Position numbers and translations under genes: made by a program. Of a DNA stretch of 49,696 nucleotides, positions 21,701-35,330 are shown piece after piece. Numbering within the stretch: the first letter of the stretch is position 1; the number at the start of each line of letters is the position of its first letter. The stretch comes from Hyphochytrium catenoides (lineage: Eukaryota; Protista; Hyphochytriomycota): the NCBI GenBank assembly GCA_900088475.1, contig FLMG01000366.1:1-49696 (forward strand). Reading direction: 5' to 3'. The notes beneath the pieces are model-generated. The model had not been told where the DNA came from, made no database searches, and worked only from the letters and a program-made list of their open reading frames with translations.

Positions 21701-22914
21701 GCATCTGTTTGCCTGGTTACTCTTGATGTCTCCTTGTTGGATCCCATATACACTTCTCCATGTTTGTCTTCTTCTTCTTTACACTGCATGCGACTCTGAG
21801 TGATGAAGAACTATCTACGTCTTGTCTCTCGTCATCAGTGTGTAGAGTTAATAGGGCCTACGTACAGGTAACGGTTGCCCTCATTATAATGAGCCTGTTG
21901 TCATCCTTTTAGCGTTAGGCTAACGTTCTAGGTCCCGACGAAGTCGTCGATGACAGTTCAATGAGTCATCAGGGAACTGATGAGCCAACCGGTCCGTTTC
22001 TCTCTCCTTCTATTTCTCTTCTGTTGCTCTGTCTCTCTTCTCTCTTTCTGTTGTCCCGCTTTCCCTTACCAGCAATGTTCCCTTTTAGCTCTGTTCCATC
22101 CATACCTCTATCTCTATTGTTTGTCTTTCGCTGCTTGCCCATCATCACCTCCTTCGCCTCTAGCAGCCTCCGTCTTCGCCTTAATTATGATCATCGTCAT
22201 TTACACGTTCCGTGCCAGGGTCTTCCCTGAAGCAGCAGCCACAGAGAGCTGAACAAAAGAGGGAGAGGCTTGAGCTGCCTTCTCGCCAGTTGCATGTCAT
22301 CAATAACAAAAGAATTGATCAGCAAAAAGATAACGACAATAACCTTGATATCGCTCTCAGGAAAGTCGAGCTCATGATTGAAGGTCGTGAATAGGTTTAG
22401 AGAAAAACCTAGGAAGAAAAGAAGCCCAAGCGATTATTAGCCTCATGCCGCCCCATGACGCATGACGCAATGCTCTTATATAAATGGTTGGCCGGCGTGT
22501 TGGCTCAGCAGGCATTTGTTGACAATCATCTTTGTCTCTCTATGCTTTTTTTTTACTTTTATCCTAGGTTCTTAACCAATGTTTTTCCTCCCTTTGTATC
22601 TCCACTTATTTACTGGTAAGAAGATTGAGGACCTAGGAAGAACCTACAACCGCAGTACTCAAAGGATAACAAGAACAGTTCCTGACCTCTGCTGAGTTCC
22701 TCCTTGTCAATGTTCAACTCTACCTTCTGAAGCCTCCTAGTAGGTGGTCAAGAATGAAGGACACGGAGGCTACCATTAGCTCTACCATCCATGTCCTGGT
22801 GCTGGGCGGCATGACATGACAAGCTGACCAGGCAGGCAACAGGCTGGCTGGCTGGCTGGCTTGTCAACCAACATTGGCCATCAAGCCATCAAGGTTATCA
22901 TCCTCCGCCGCACC

Positions 22915-23383
22915 TGTAACGCCCAAGAGAGCCGGTAACGGGCAGGCTTGGCCTTCCCTTTTACGATCAGAGTCCAATTTCCCTCATCCCACCCACATAA
23001 TAAGGCCATTCTATTTAAGTTTAAGGGTATTATAAACACAATTGGACCACCCAGCCCTTGATTGAAGTTTGGGTGAATAGGCCAACGGCTAGAACTGATA
23101 CCAATCTTTCTAACGAAAGAAATAAACGTGTGAAAGTATCCTCCCAAGGTTTCAGTGTAATAAGTCTAGGAAATAAATATGCGGATTGTTTGCACAATGA
23201 TTTTCTCTAGGAGGAGTGAGTAGTTCCTATATCTATGCCGGGGTCACAAGGTTCATGGTGATGAACCTAGGATCCCTACCTGAAAATAGGTCTCCCGGAT
23301 CAAATAGTAGACCTGTCTTTTACTGCAGAAAGCACCTTTTCACAATCCACCGCATCAAAAGGGCTCAATTTCATAAAATGACA
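22915..23383. mobile_element. Possible solo-LTR-like insertion
   Basis: Starts TGTAACGCCC and ends ATGACA (TG...CA). Composition differs from the GA-rich right flank. No matching TSD seen. Confidence 0.25.
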
Positions 23384-24119
23384 GAGACAGATGGAAGAGA
23401 GAGGCAAGGATAGAGAGACAGAGAAGGAAGAGACAAAGACAGACTTAGCGAGCAGAAGGAAAAACCATGAAGTTGAGTAAAAGGAGCGAGACAGATCTCA
23501 GGTTAGATGAGGATCCAAGAGCCAGAATAGACAAAGAGGGGAAAAGAAGGGCAAGAGACACCACTGAGCACAATACAAAGCGAGACAACAAACTGAGGAC
23601 GANNNNNNNNNNNNNNNNNNNNNNNNNNNNNNNNNNNNNNNNNNNNNNNNNNNNNNNNNNNNNNNNNNNNNNNNNNNNNNNNNNNNNNNNNNNNNNNNNN
23701 NNNNNNNNGAGAATGAGAGAGAGCGAAAAGAGAGGGAGAGGAGAAAGAGGGAGAGGCAAAGAGGGGAAAGAGGGAAACAGTCATTGAGATGTAGCAGCCA
23801 GGGGAGCCAGGAGCTTGGTTGATGTGGAACTCACTGGAAGGAGGAAAGGACCTTAGGAGGTCTATCAGCTATCACTCCTCTTGCTCTCACGGCTCACGGG
23901 TCAGTCGTGTTCTTGCAGTTGGGAAGCGCGACACACCAGTCCGCTCCGCTCCGCATCTTTACTCTTCTCTGCCACAGCCAGAGACGGCTTCAGTCTCTGT
24001 TCCCTCCCTTCTTCCATCAGTCCGGTGACGGCGCTTTAGTAGCGTTTGCCTCTCCCGTGGAAGTCCGTCTTGGATATAATTAGTCTTCTCCGTGCCAGTA
24101 GAGGCTTCATCAGGATACA

Positions 24120-27100
24120 ATGCAGAGGATTGTTGCTGGGAGATCCATAGCCGGCCGCTTAGCGGCAAAGAAGATGGTGGCTGTGCGCGTCCAGGCTCCG
24201 GCGGGGTTCCATCTGAAGCGCTTCATGTCAGCACCTGTAAGCCCCTTGACCAACTTCGACAAGCTGCTCCTGCTTGTTCTCCGCATTCTGTCTCTGTACA
24301 CGTCGCTTTTCTGTGTAAAGCCGGGTAACATTCTTATCTGCTGTACTAGGCCGGTACAGACATTGATCAGGATGCAATTCTGCGTGAGGTGACGCAGAAG
24401 CAGTCTCGAGTTGCCAAGGATCTCGTCCCGTAAGCACATCTCTTCCAAGCGCTCATGTTTTGCGTGCTTGCATTGCTGTCGGGACTATGTCCGTCTGCGG
24501 CTATGATCTCGCCTTTACCTGACAGGAGCCAAGAACTTGGCTTGTCTTTCTAGGCTACTTGTCCTGCGTCCTCGTTGCCTTCGAACCTCTTTCTTGCTGC
24601 TACTGGAGTTCATCCTGCCCATTGCTATTCTTTTCTATCTCTTCACGCTCTAACCTGTCTCCATCTGGCAGATGGTTTATTGAGAACATGCCAGTTGCGT
24701 ACTTCCGCCAAGTCGGAGAGACCGAGCGCATTAGACACCTGACGGCAATGGTGGCCTTGAAAGATATCCAGACAGCCCCTGGACTTAGTCTTCGCGAGCC
24801 TCATCTTACTCTTCAGTCCTCAACTGGCTCAGAGGTGGCAGTCATTCGACCAGGAGGTAAGTAGTGAAGACTTTCTGGACCTGTTTTGTTCGGGGGACTC
24901 CATGGTCCGCCGCGCTTGCGCCTCTTCTTCTCTTTAGCCTTTCCTCAACAAGAAGGATGTGATTGGTGCTCGAACTCTATCCTGCGCTGTCTACACAGTG
25001 GACCTAAATATCTTGTGGCTATTAGGATCTGGTCCCGATATGTTGGCAGACATCCTTCAAGCTGTGTCAGCAGAAGAAGTGCTGGCACGCGTTAAGGTCT
25101 ATACTGCCCTGGACAGTTCTGTCTCGATCAGTACCTTCAAGTTTGGACAGCAAGGTGAGTGGATGATTCGTCTGTCTTCGTTTGGTGTACCTGGGTGCTT
25201 TGTGGACCGCCAGTGACCGGTGATAGGGCTGCTTTCCTATCTCCTACTTCTCCAATCTGTAATCTTTAAGCATGCCAGCGCCTGTCTTCGTCGGTCCTGA
25301 AATATTATAGAGAAATAATAACCCTAACCCTAATCCCTGCATCGCTGTTCTAGAACAATTCTCCGGCAAGACGCCTGCGGAGCAAGAAGCGCTAAAGAGG
25401 CTTCAAGCCTATTGCCAAGAGATCCAGCAAGGGAAGTTCAAGGATAATCCTGAGCATCCCCTTCCTGCTCCGTACTTTGAGCCAGAAGCAGGTGAGAACG
25501 TTGGTGCCTCGTTATCTCAAGTTTTCCGTTTACTTTTAAGTCTTATGCTCACTATGTCTAAATTAACTCTTTTGCCTGCCGTTCCTGCCGACTCTCTCGC
25601 TTTTGGCATATAGTGAAGGAGTTCGCGTTAAGGTGTAATGCGGAGCATATTCTCACTGGGCATCCACGCCGACTGGCAAAGCAAATGGCACTTTATCGTG
25701 CAGTCTCTGGTACACAAGTAGTCTCTCTATCTCTCCCTCCGCATGCCCATATACATTTTGATTGCGTCGTCTACCTGTTACCCTTCTATCAGACTTCTTC
25801 TCTTTCGAGTGAATACCCACTTTTCTTACCTGATTGGATTCTTGCACTATGAGGTCTTTGCCCGCTAGCTGGTCCCCAAACTTCTCTTTCCTGGCTCCTC
25901 TACTTGCTTCTTGGTGCTCAACATTCTTGTTACCTAAATAGGTACGGAGGGTGTTCTTGTTGACGTGGAGAGTTGGGACGGCAGAACAGATCAGAAGACC
26001 GGACCTCAGAGCATGATCACCGTAGCGAGCGCAAATGTCTTAACAAAAGGGTCTCTGACGAAGCATGTCAATCATCTTTCTCGATACTTTGGCTTTTCGG
26101 TTGTCCGCGCCCACTTGGATACGGTTCAGGACCCTCTCAATGGCTCTAAGGGCGACGTGACCCTGATGAGGTTGCTAGTTACACCGACTGATCCCAAAGC
26201 TGACATCGACTGGGACATGGTCGTGCGAAACGCCAGGAGACTGAAGTGGTTAGATGATAGGGTGATGAAGATGGCACACTCCCATCCTGACAAGATTGAC
26301 TTAGACCGAGCTGAGGTAAGCAGCGGTTTGGTGGGAAGACAGGTAACCTGATCTGTTCTAAGTGCATCAGTCTTTCCTCAAACTAGGTAATCTACGCGCT
26401 CTGTGGCCTTGCTCACAACGTTCTAGCCCGTAAGGAGACATACGCCTATGCTCTTCAGCGGATGCACATGATTGTCAACCACCCCAACGCCTTTCCCGTG
26501 GCGACTCGGATAGCTGATCTCTTCATGAAGGTAAGGATCCGACGCAACGAGAAGGGTCAGACTCTAGGAGCCAGTATCAAAACCAAGCTCGTTGAGTAAA
26601 CACTTATCCTGCACTGCCCGTCATTTCTGTATTTGCTACATCCACAGAGATTTGACCCTGAAGGACCAATGAGTGACAGCGCCTTTGAGGCAGCTTGCAA
26701 GAAGGTACTCCCTCGCCTTCTACTGGCAAAGTCCTGCTCTGCGACTGTGGCTGTTTGTTTTCTGGGATACTAATAAAGAGTTATTATTCTATCGTAGGGA
26801 GGATGTTCCCATGTCCATGGGTGCTGAGACTTATCCGTCTGTTTGTGCCATTCTAAGTTTTCTCGTCTCTGTGTCTGAACTATCAATTCACACTTTTGGA
26901 CTATGACGCTGTTTACAACGATCCCTTTGGCCTGTCTGCCTGCATTAGCCAATGTCACTCTGACCCTGACGTGACTCTGATCCTAACCACGTGCCTTTCA
27001 TCATCTTCCAGATTCACGCTGATATCCGTAAGTACGTGGAGACCTCTGATGCCATCACGGTGCTCGATGCACTGCTCGACGGAGTTAAGGCGACTTTGCG

Positions 27101-30100
27101 GACCAACATGTTCATTGACACAAGATACGCTCTGGCGCTGAGAGTCAACCCTGCACTTCTAGGTAAAGATCCGTTGTTATTATATCCTACTTACCGCTTA
27201 CCACTTTCCTTTGACCTCCACGTATCTTCTTTCCATTTATCTCCTAGGCCACGGCACCGTAGGCACAGACCTTCCATATGGTGTCTTCTTCGTGCATGGC
27301 CGTCGTTTCAATGGCTTCCATGTCCGTTTCCGTGATATCGCCAGAGGAGGTTTAAGGGTGGTGGCACCGACAAACATGGAGCAGCACTCTCTCGAGAGTA
27401 GCAGACAGTTCAATGAAGCTTACTCTCTCGCGTACGCCCAACAGCTGAAGAACAAGGACATTCCAGAGGTAAGATGGTCTTGCATTCTTTGACGTTTTCG
27501 CTCCTCTGGCTAAACGTCTTTACTAAATCTCTTAAGACAAAGTTCGACCATCAGGGCAGCTAGCCTGTCATCTCGATGGCTTCTACCCTGTCTTTTTCGT
27601 ACCTTGCAGCGCTGTTTGTTTGCTCTTTCTAAGTTTGCTGATATTGGTCAAAGCCACCTTCCACGGAACATGTCTATCGTTGCACTGTCTGACACTAGGC
27701 CTTCTTCTCACCTCTCCGTCGCCAAACCCCTTCTTGCTTTGCAGGGTGGCTCGAAGGCTGTTGTCCTTGTTGAGCCTAATGAGCAGGCCCAGTTCCGCAA
27801 TGACCGCGAGTTTGTCATCCGCAAGAGCGTCAAGGCCTTCTGCGATGCGATGCTTGATCTCAACACAACCCACCAAGATATTAGGGACCTTATTGTTGAC
27901 TATTACGGGAAGGAGGAGCTGATCTACTTGGGACCTGACGAGAACATCATTCCAAGTGATATCGTATGGATAATCAAGAGGTAAGGACGTAATAAAGGAG
28001 ACAGAGATGAGAGGAAGAGATGAACCGCATCAATGATAGGTTGACTACGTCGTACTGAAAAGTCGAAGTACTTGAAGAGGATCTCCGCATGCCTAGATTT
28101 TTGACTCCCTGGTCTCCGCATGCCCAGATTTTTGACTCCCTATGCGAACTTAATGCTTACTTGGCCCATCCAGCTCAAGGGGGGCTCTATAGTCTCACTC
28201 TTTTATGCTTCTTCTGTCTCGCTTACTGTACAGAGCTGGGTATCGTGGTTACCCTATCCCTACCGCTTTCATGAGCTCAAAGCCTGATGCTGGCATCAAT
28301 CACAAGGTCTACGGCGTCACCAGTGAAGGTGTCGCTGTGTTCGCTGATGTGGCACTTAACGCCTTTGGCTTCAAGCCCAAGGAGAGACCCTTCACGGTTA
28401 AGATCACAGGAGGCCCCGATGGAGATGTGGCAGGTATGTAGATCAAGGACCATCCCGAAGTTGGAGCCCGTCTGAGGTCGAAGTAAAGTGATCTCGAAAA
28501 GGATTACATCTCTCATGATTTTTATAAGCCCAAGTATTGGGCCTTCCCTGACTTCTGAATATTAGGTTGTGATCTCACTTTGGTTCCGTATGCGCCATTC
28601 GGCATCTTCCCCTTGCTTTGCAGGCAACATGATCAAGATCCTGGCCCGCGACTATGGTTCCAACGCCAAGATTCTGGGCATTTCTGACGGCTCTGGATGC
28701 GGAGAGGATCCAGATGGTCTTGACCTGGAGGTAATATTTATCTATGGTCACTATCTTTGGAACGTCTAAACGTGTGAATCTGTGCACAACAGAAACGTCT
28801 TTCCACGTCGGCCCTCCTCCGTTAGCGCTCCATATGGTTGAGTTTCCATTCACTGACTTGTCTTGCCAGCGTTGGCCACTTCCACTGGTTTTCTCTATAT
28901 CGAATGTTCTTTCTCTGTCTGTATACTGCCGCGTATGCAATCCTTTGTTCACTATTGTGCATCATTACAACGCATTCCCTTTTGTGCTTGATGTAGTTGA
29001 CATAGCACTGACCTCTTAAGTCGTGTCCAATCTTTCCGATATTCTGCCATTTTCTTTCTTGCTTTTAGGAGCTGCTCCGCCTATTCAGGGAGGGCAAGCC
29101 CATAGCCGAGTATAATAAGAAAGGACCAAAGACTGTGATTGCGCCTGCGAACACGCCTGAAGGCGTGCGTCTCAGAAACACAATGCACAACCGCATCAAG
29201 ACGGATCTCTTCATTCCAGGAGGAGGAAGACCAGCCACTATTAACGAGAGCAACTACAGGTAGACAGGAGAAAATGACTGAAGATGGCCCCTCCGCATCT
29301 CTTGCCCCTCCCCTGTTCTCATTCTGGTTCTATGGACTTCCCCTATATAAGTTAAGCGGGGTGCTTGCACAAAAGGAAAAAGACTGTCACACGCCTTCTG
29401 ACCACCTACATTCCTCAGTCAAGAAAACCACGATCTCTCTCTCTCTCTCTCTCATGGATCGGATTGACACTCTCGAAGCTCTTTCTCTACATTCCCATTT
29501 TTGTCTAACACTCTGTCGATCTCTCTTGACCGATTGCCAAAACTTGTCCTACAACGCAGAGATTTTATTGATGAAAACGGTCAGCCATCCTCTAAGTTGG
29601 TGGTTGAAGGCGCAAACCTGTTCATCACTCCTCAAGCCAGAAAGCTCCTGCATTCTGAGGCTGGTGTCGTCTTCGTGAAAGACAGCAGCGCTAACAAGTG
29701 CGGCGTTATCTGCTCTTCCTATGAGATTATTGCTAGCATGCTGCTCAAGACGGACGAGTTCATGACCATCAAGGAAGAACTGGTGGAGGATGTACTTGAA
29801 AAGCTGAGGTACCTGGCCAGAGTTGAGGCACAGCTGTTGTTCAGAGTCTATCTAAGAGGTAAGTCTCCGCTCCCATCTATCTATGTTAGTTGTCTGGCAC
29901 TTTGCCCCTTTATTTGCTATTGCCAGTCATATACTAAATTTTGCCATCTGGCCCTTCTCTCTCTTGCCGTCCCTTTCTCTGCCAGATCCTAGCGCCCACC
30001 TTCCAGATTGGTCAGAGCGTATTTCGCGCTCTATCACAAAGATCCATGACGCTCTAGTCGATGCAATCGATAACTTCCCCGAGGAGAAGAAGGAGAAACT

Positions 30101-30659
30101 TATGGATATTGTAAAGGAACATCTCCCTCATAAGCTCAGAGAGGTGGCCTACGACCGGGTGTCCAGCAGGGTACCTTGGCCTTACACTAAGGCTGTAATC
30201 GCCGCTGGTCTAGCGAGCAAGATTGTCTATAGAGAGGGTATGGTCAACTCTTCTCAACGTCCGTTCCCTTCCACTTTCTCACACTTGGGCCACGTTGGCA
30301 TCACCTCCTTACCTCTTGAGTGTCTCCTGTGCTCGCCTTTAGTTCCGATGGAACCTCTTCTTTTGCTTGAAGAGTTGTCGTCAATGGTGTTATTGTGGCA
30401 TATTTGCTACCCTCCAACCTCTGGTGATTCTTTCTGTTTTATGCAGATTTGCTAACATTCTTCTCCAAATTCAGGTATCGTCTACGCCGAGGCTCTTCCC
30501 GCTGACAATGCGGCGGCGCTTGCCCTGCGTTATCTGGAGCAAGAGCAGCGCATCAAGGATCTCGTTGAGGAAATCTTCAGCAGCAACATTAAGAACAAGG
30601 AAGAGATCGCTGATCTCCTCTCAAGAGGCGGCGTGCGTGCTGGTCTTGAGACAGCATAA
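24120..30659 (+). CDS. GDH2: Large NAD-specific glutamate dehydrogenase (GDH2 / Bac_GDH class) with a mitochondrial-type presequence, 18 exons
   Basis: Exons about 24120-24236, 24350-24429, 24672-24856, 25026-25154, 25354-25491, 25614-25709, 25942-26315, 26387-26530, 26648-26704, 27012-27162, 27248-27468, 27745-27980, 28234-28433, 28624-28730, 29069-29259, 29560-29858, 29986-30237, 30475-30659. Motifs: GFHVRFRDIARGGLR, QQLKNKDIPEGGSK, YLGPDEN, GINHKVYGVTSEG, TGGPDGDVAGN, FIPGGGRP, VEGANLF, KDSSANKCGVICSSYE. Confidence 0.95.
28082..28141. repeat. 31-bp tandem duplication inside a GDH intron
   Basis: tctccgcatgcc(t/c)agatttttgactccct appears twice. Confidence 0.85.
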
Positions 30660-30964
30660 GACCCCAAGTGTAGCTAGTGAAGAAATATAGTAGAGAATCT
30701 ATAAAGTGAGTCTACGGCAAATAAGAGGAAACATGGTAGATGCAACCACGCCGAAATCCGGTACTCGCGACGTCTAATAGGGCATCTTTATCCTCATTCA
30801 GTGCTGTTGCTAGCAGCGGCATGAGACAGAATAGGTGTTTCGCTCTGGGTCTTCTTGATATTTTGGGCTGCTCGAGAAAGGGATCTAGGATCTATACCGC
30901 GATCCCACGTAACCGTCCCGGCTTTCAATAAAACCTTCCACCGCCGTTATCGAGCCATGTATTT

Positions 30965-32176
30965 TTAGCTTACGGCGTTAACAATATACTTGTGGGTGCT
31001 GACAGCGCCGCTGATCATTCCAGCTACGCTTTGCAATCCCTCACTTTCTCCTCCTTTGAGCACTTCAGTATCACAGAGAGCCTTGGCGAAGTCGGCGCCA
31101 TACTTGAGCAAGCTGAGACGGAGGAGAAAGAGCTTCATCTGATCCAGATTGGCTTTTTCCTTCCTTTTCTCTGCCTCTTTTTTCTCTCCCTCCTTTGCTT
31201 CATAAGCAGGCCTTATTTGATTAAGAGCTTGCTTCTTCTGGCCAATCTTCAGGAAGGCACAAGCCAGGGACGTCAGACTCAACACGAGCTCACAGCAATC
31301 AGCGTAATATTCCAGCCGTGGAGGGACAATTCCCTTTGGGATGAGGCCTAACACATAGAGGTTAACGGGTAGGACAGAACTAAGAGACATCCAGACATTG
31401 CCGCCGAAGTCATAAAGACAAGGACGTCGATATAGTTTTAGCCGGTCTAGTGATCAAAGAATCGCGGAGGAAACCACTGATTATATGTGAGAGACGACCC
31501 AATAAGAGTGCGGAGACGGACATAGAAGAGCTGATCTGCTCAACACGGCTGATGTTACCTATTCTGTCTAGGGTGACAAAGTCCTGCATAGTGTCGGCGA
31601 CCATATTGCATCCGAACTCGATTAGAAGAAGTCGCCGTAGCCTCTTCTCTTTCTCTTTGAGAGCCGAGGGAAGGTCAGATTGCAGATACTGGAGCCACCG
31701 CAGTAACTTGAACAGGCGACGGCCTGGGTGAACAGCGAGAAGACAATGATTCAGGGCAGATTGACGTCGCAAGCCGGAGGCTATGACGAGAGTACAGTAC
31801 AGCCGTGCAAGGGAGTGATCTAGACTATTGTAAGGGGCCACGACGAAAAGATAGTAAACTTATCGCTCAAGAGTGTTGGCAGAGAGCGACAAGGAAGAGA
31901 TAAGATAAAGGGAGAGAGCCACCAGAGGGAGGAGACTGTGTGTGGGATTGGGAGGAGGCATCATCTTGACTCACCGGTGGAGACCGTCTTTGCTAGCTGC
32001 TTCCAGCGCTTAGCAGTGTCCTTATCTCCGCGGAGATAGTGTAGTAGGAGGAACGAGCACAGCTTGGCGGCATACTGAAGGATCTTCAGCGACTTCTCTC
32101 GCACCTGTGTTACATTTAGAAGCTTAACAACGACAGCAAGAGAGAGGTCTGCGCTTTTCTTCTGCGCTTGAGCCAT
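30965..32176 (-). CDS. PEX11: Peroxisomal biogenesis factor 11 family protein, 3 exons (32176-31975, 31723-31559, 31347-30965)
   Basis: N-terminal REKSLKILQYAAK, the amphipathic segment LAKTVSTGRRLFKLLRW, and C-terminal LLKYGADF...AGMISGAVS. GT-AG junctions stay in frame. Confidence 0.85.
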
Positions 32177-35100
32177 GCTTGCTCGTTCCTCGATCTGCCA
32201 GCAAGAGAAAGGTCTCTACCTTCCTACCACGGCTGATTCTCCTTCTTTCGTACAGAAGGAGGACACCCTAGTCCTCTTGCAGTCACCGGCCGTGTCACTG
32301 CGGTCTCCTCATCGTCCGATAAAGGTCTCCGTCTATAGATTATAGATGCTTGCGGCGGCCTGGTCGCCTGACTGATGATGACGGGACGATGACAGTGAAG
32401 AAGAAGCTGCAGGGCACTCCTGCGCCAGAGTTGAAGATCGGCCGTGTCGCCTGAGACGCCTGTGCGTGGATGTAGTTGGTAGCAGTTTGTCAGGATCTGT
32501 GTAAGCTCAAGAGTCATAATAACCTCAAAAGGCACGTATAACGCTGTCTAGTCGGCCGTTAGCGGCTGTTGTGGGAGTTTGCTTGATTCGACACTTTGCA
32601 GGTACATCACAATGAGGAATAAAGGACAGTGGTTTTCCTTTCTTCTTCTGTGCTGCTGGATCATCATCATGATATCTTCTGGAAGCGTGTGGCGGTCTTG
32701 CTGTTGGTGGTGCTTGTTCTTCTTCCGCCTTTCATTATCAACGCTACCTAGGGAAACTGACCCTGAATCTTCTATGTTTGATGATGATAGGCGGAGGAGG
32801 AGGAGGACGGCAGCCTTGCTGGAGTGAACGAAGACTTTCTGGTTGCTGCTTGTCTTCTTCTCTCTCCTTCAGGTTTTCATTATTTTTTCAACAAGTTGGT
32901 CTTTCGTTTCTTTCCTTTTTCTTATCTTATAACAGCAGTAGCGGTCAGAAGTAACTCAATAACAGAGATAGTAGAGGTAAAGAGAAGAAGGAGATGCTTC
33001 ATTACACTTAGCAATTGTTGTCGTGATCTCGGTGCCTCATCGATGTTATCTCGGTGCCTCATCATCTGGCTTTGTATGTATGTGCTCTTCTGCAGCCGCT
33101 GAAGCAGTGGTCGGCTTGATTACCGCTGGTAGAGAAGCAAGTGATAGGTCAATCGTCTTCTATCCCTGTCCTTATACAGCGGCGGAAGGAATGGTGGCTT
33201 GATTGTTGCTGGCGGAGAAGGAAATGGCAACAGGTCACAGTAGTCGTCGGATGTTGTGAAGGCTCAAACATATTGACGGCAACAATAAAATAAATTAACG
33301 ATTTGACGAATATCGTCAACAACGAAGAGAGGTCAGTGGCAAACACATCAGCAGAGAGAAAAGTAGAACATCATCTCAAATAGGTTGGACGTATGGTAGT
33401 AAAAAAATTTATAAAGCCATGGGGTTCATACTAGGATGGCTGCTTGGAGAATTGAAGCAAGATTCTCCTCATCCTCATTCAGCGGCAACAGTCCATGACT
33501 TGTGACATCAACAAGGAACTTTCTTTTTCCAAGGAGGACTTCCTCGTCGAGGGCATAAGAAGGAAAATGAGATAGAAGAGTGACCAAAGGTATTTCTGGT
33601 GCTGAGAGGGGTTGGCGCTGTTGCCTGTCCATGTGTCCGCAGCACACATCCGTAGATTTACGTTCTTCAAAGGAGAAGTCTTGAACTCTGTACTCTGTAC
33701 CCTTGTTGTCTAAAACAGTACTAGTAGAGCTTATTTCCTCAGGCTGATTGATGGTGAAGGAAGTCAATCAATCCTTGTCTCGGGTGAGCGGCGCTGAGAG
33801 ACCCCAGCTGTTCCACAAAGGCGCTGCTCTTGGCATGCAGCCCCAGGCCCCAGCCATCCTGCGCTGATAAGGCGCTGTTCAGCGAGAAAGATCTAGATTG
33901 TCCTACTTTCCATCTCTTCTAGAGAAGTGCTACAAGTAGAGGAACTATTACGGGAGTACTACTACTAGTTGTACTACTGGGTGTAGAGCAGCCTACTAGC
34001 TCCTACGAGTACTGTACCATACAGTTGAATAGCAGCCTAGCTCCTGCCACCAACCTGCCACCTGCCATGCTTATTATTACTCCGGAGTACATGCTTACTA
34101 CTTGTACACCATTAGTGCTCCTCCACCTATAGCTCTCGTAGATCACCTCATACATACTCTGCTAGTTCTACCACCTATACCTGTAGGTACCAGTAGTTCC
34201 ATTGATGTGGGGCTAGTTACAGGGACATGGCATGCTTCTTCCCTCCCTTCACGGCACAAGTAGTCAGCTACGTATTATTGTTGCTCCATGGGCATACTTC
34301 TGTCTGTACTATGGCTACTATGGGATACGGCTTATAAAGGCAGGGACTTCTGGGTCCAAAGCTCACAGCTAATAAGAGAAGACCTTTGGAGAAGACTGTA
34401 AACAATGTCAGTGGCTGGGAAATTGCGACTGGGCCAAAAGATGCCTTGTGGTTTCTATCTTTCTTGTTATATGTTTTTATACTTTGGCACCACTAGGAAT
34501 ATAAGGGGGAAAGAAGCAGGATACCTGGTAGAAATGGTAGAATGACTATCTTAGCCTCCCACCCAATTNNNNNNNNNNNNNNNNNNNNNNNNNNNNNNNN
34601 NNNNNNNNNNNNNNNNNNNNNNNNNNNNNNNNNNNNNTACCCACACCCTCCCTCCCTGCACCGTCAGAGCCAAAACACTGTCTCCCAATGTCCTCTAAAC
34701 TCCTACCCTGCGTCCTCTTTAGTGCTGCGTCCTAGAATTACACCGAAAACTATGAGGGTAGGGGGCCGTTTAAAACGCCGCGTTTTAGGGGTTGATTGAT
34801 GTTAGAATCAGGTAGACAGATACGTCTTGCCGTAGGGGCATATTGATAGAACACAGTGGCTGTGGTATAAACCTTCTTGAAGGCCTTTTAATCCCCTTTT
34901 TTGGGCGGAAGGGGAGGCTTTCCTTTCTGATTTGTAACGTTTCTTTCCGTCTTTTTCCCACAGCTCCCCGTGCCCTTCTGTCTCCTCTCTCTTTCCACTT
35001 TCCTCTCCTGACATCATGACCACGATGCATCAGCCAACTCCCCAGCATCTTTCTTCATGGTCAGTCCAGAGCCAGGAGCTCTGCCTGATGTCTGGGCATT

Positions 35101-35330
35101 GAAGTCTTGAGACCCACCACACTACTACTGTGCCACTTGCTACTGTACCAGACCCATCGTTTCTTGAAATAGAGACCGCAGCGTCCACCGTGTCGGACCA
35201 TTACTATCAAATCTTCTCTGGCACGGTGCTACGAGACGTAGCCGCCCGTATTATTGACGCGCCGCTCTCTTCTGCCGTTGCCTTGGGGGAAGAAGCTACC
35301 CTCTGTCTCAGACAACTCTACACTGGACAG

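Noticed and set aside
10400-23800. Plus-strand S/L- and R/E-rich ORFs; reading the region as centromeric or simple-repeat junk
   Set aside because: The ORFs are artefacts of (GA)n/(CT)n tracts, and most of the region is explained by the minus-strand spliced gene and its paralogous fragments.
25322-25333. Interstitial telomere repeat CCCTAACCCTAA
   Set aside because: Only two units, located 20-30 nt before a 3' splice site; better explained as a CTAAC branch point.
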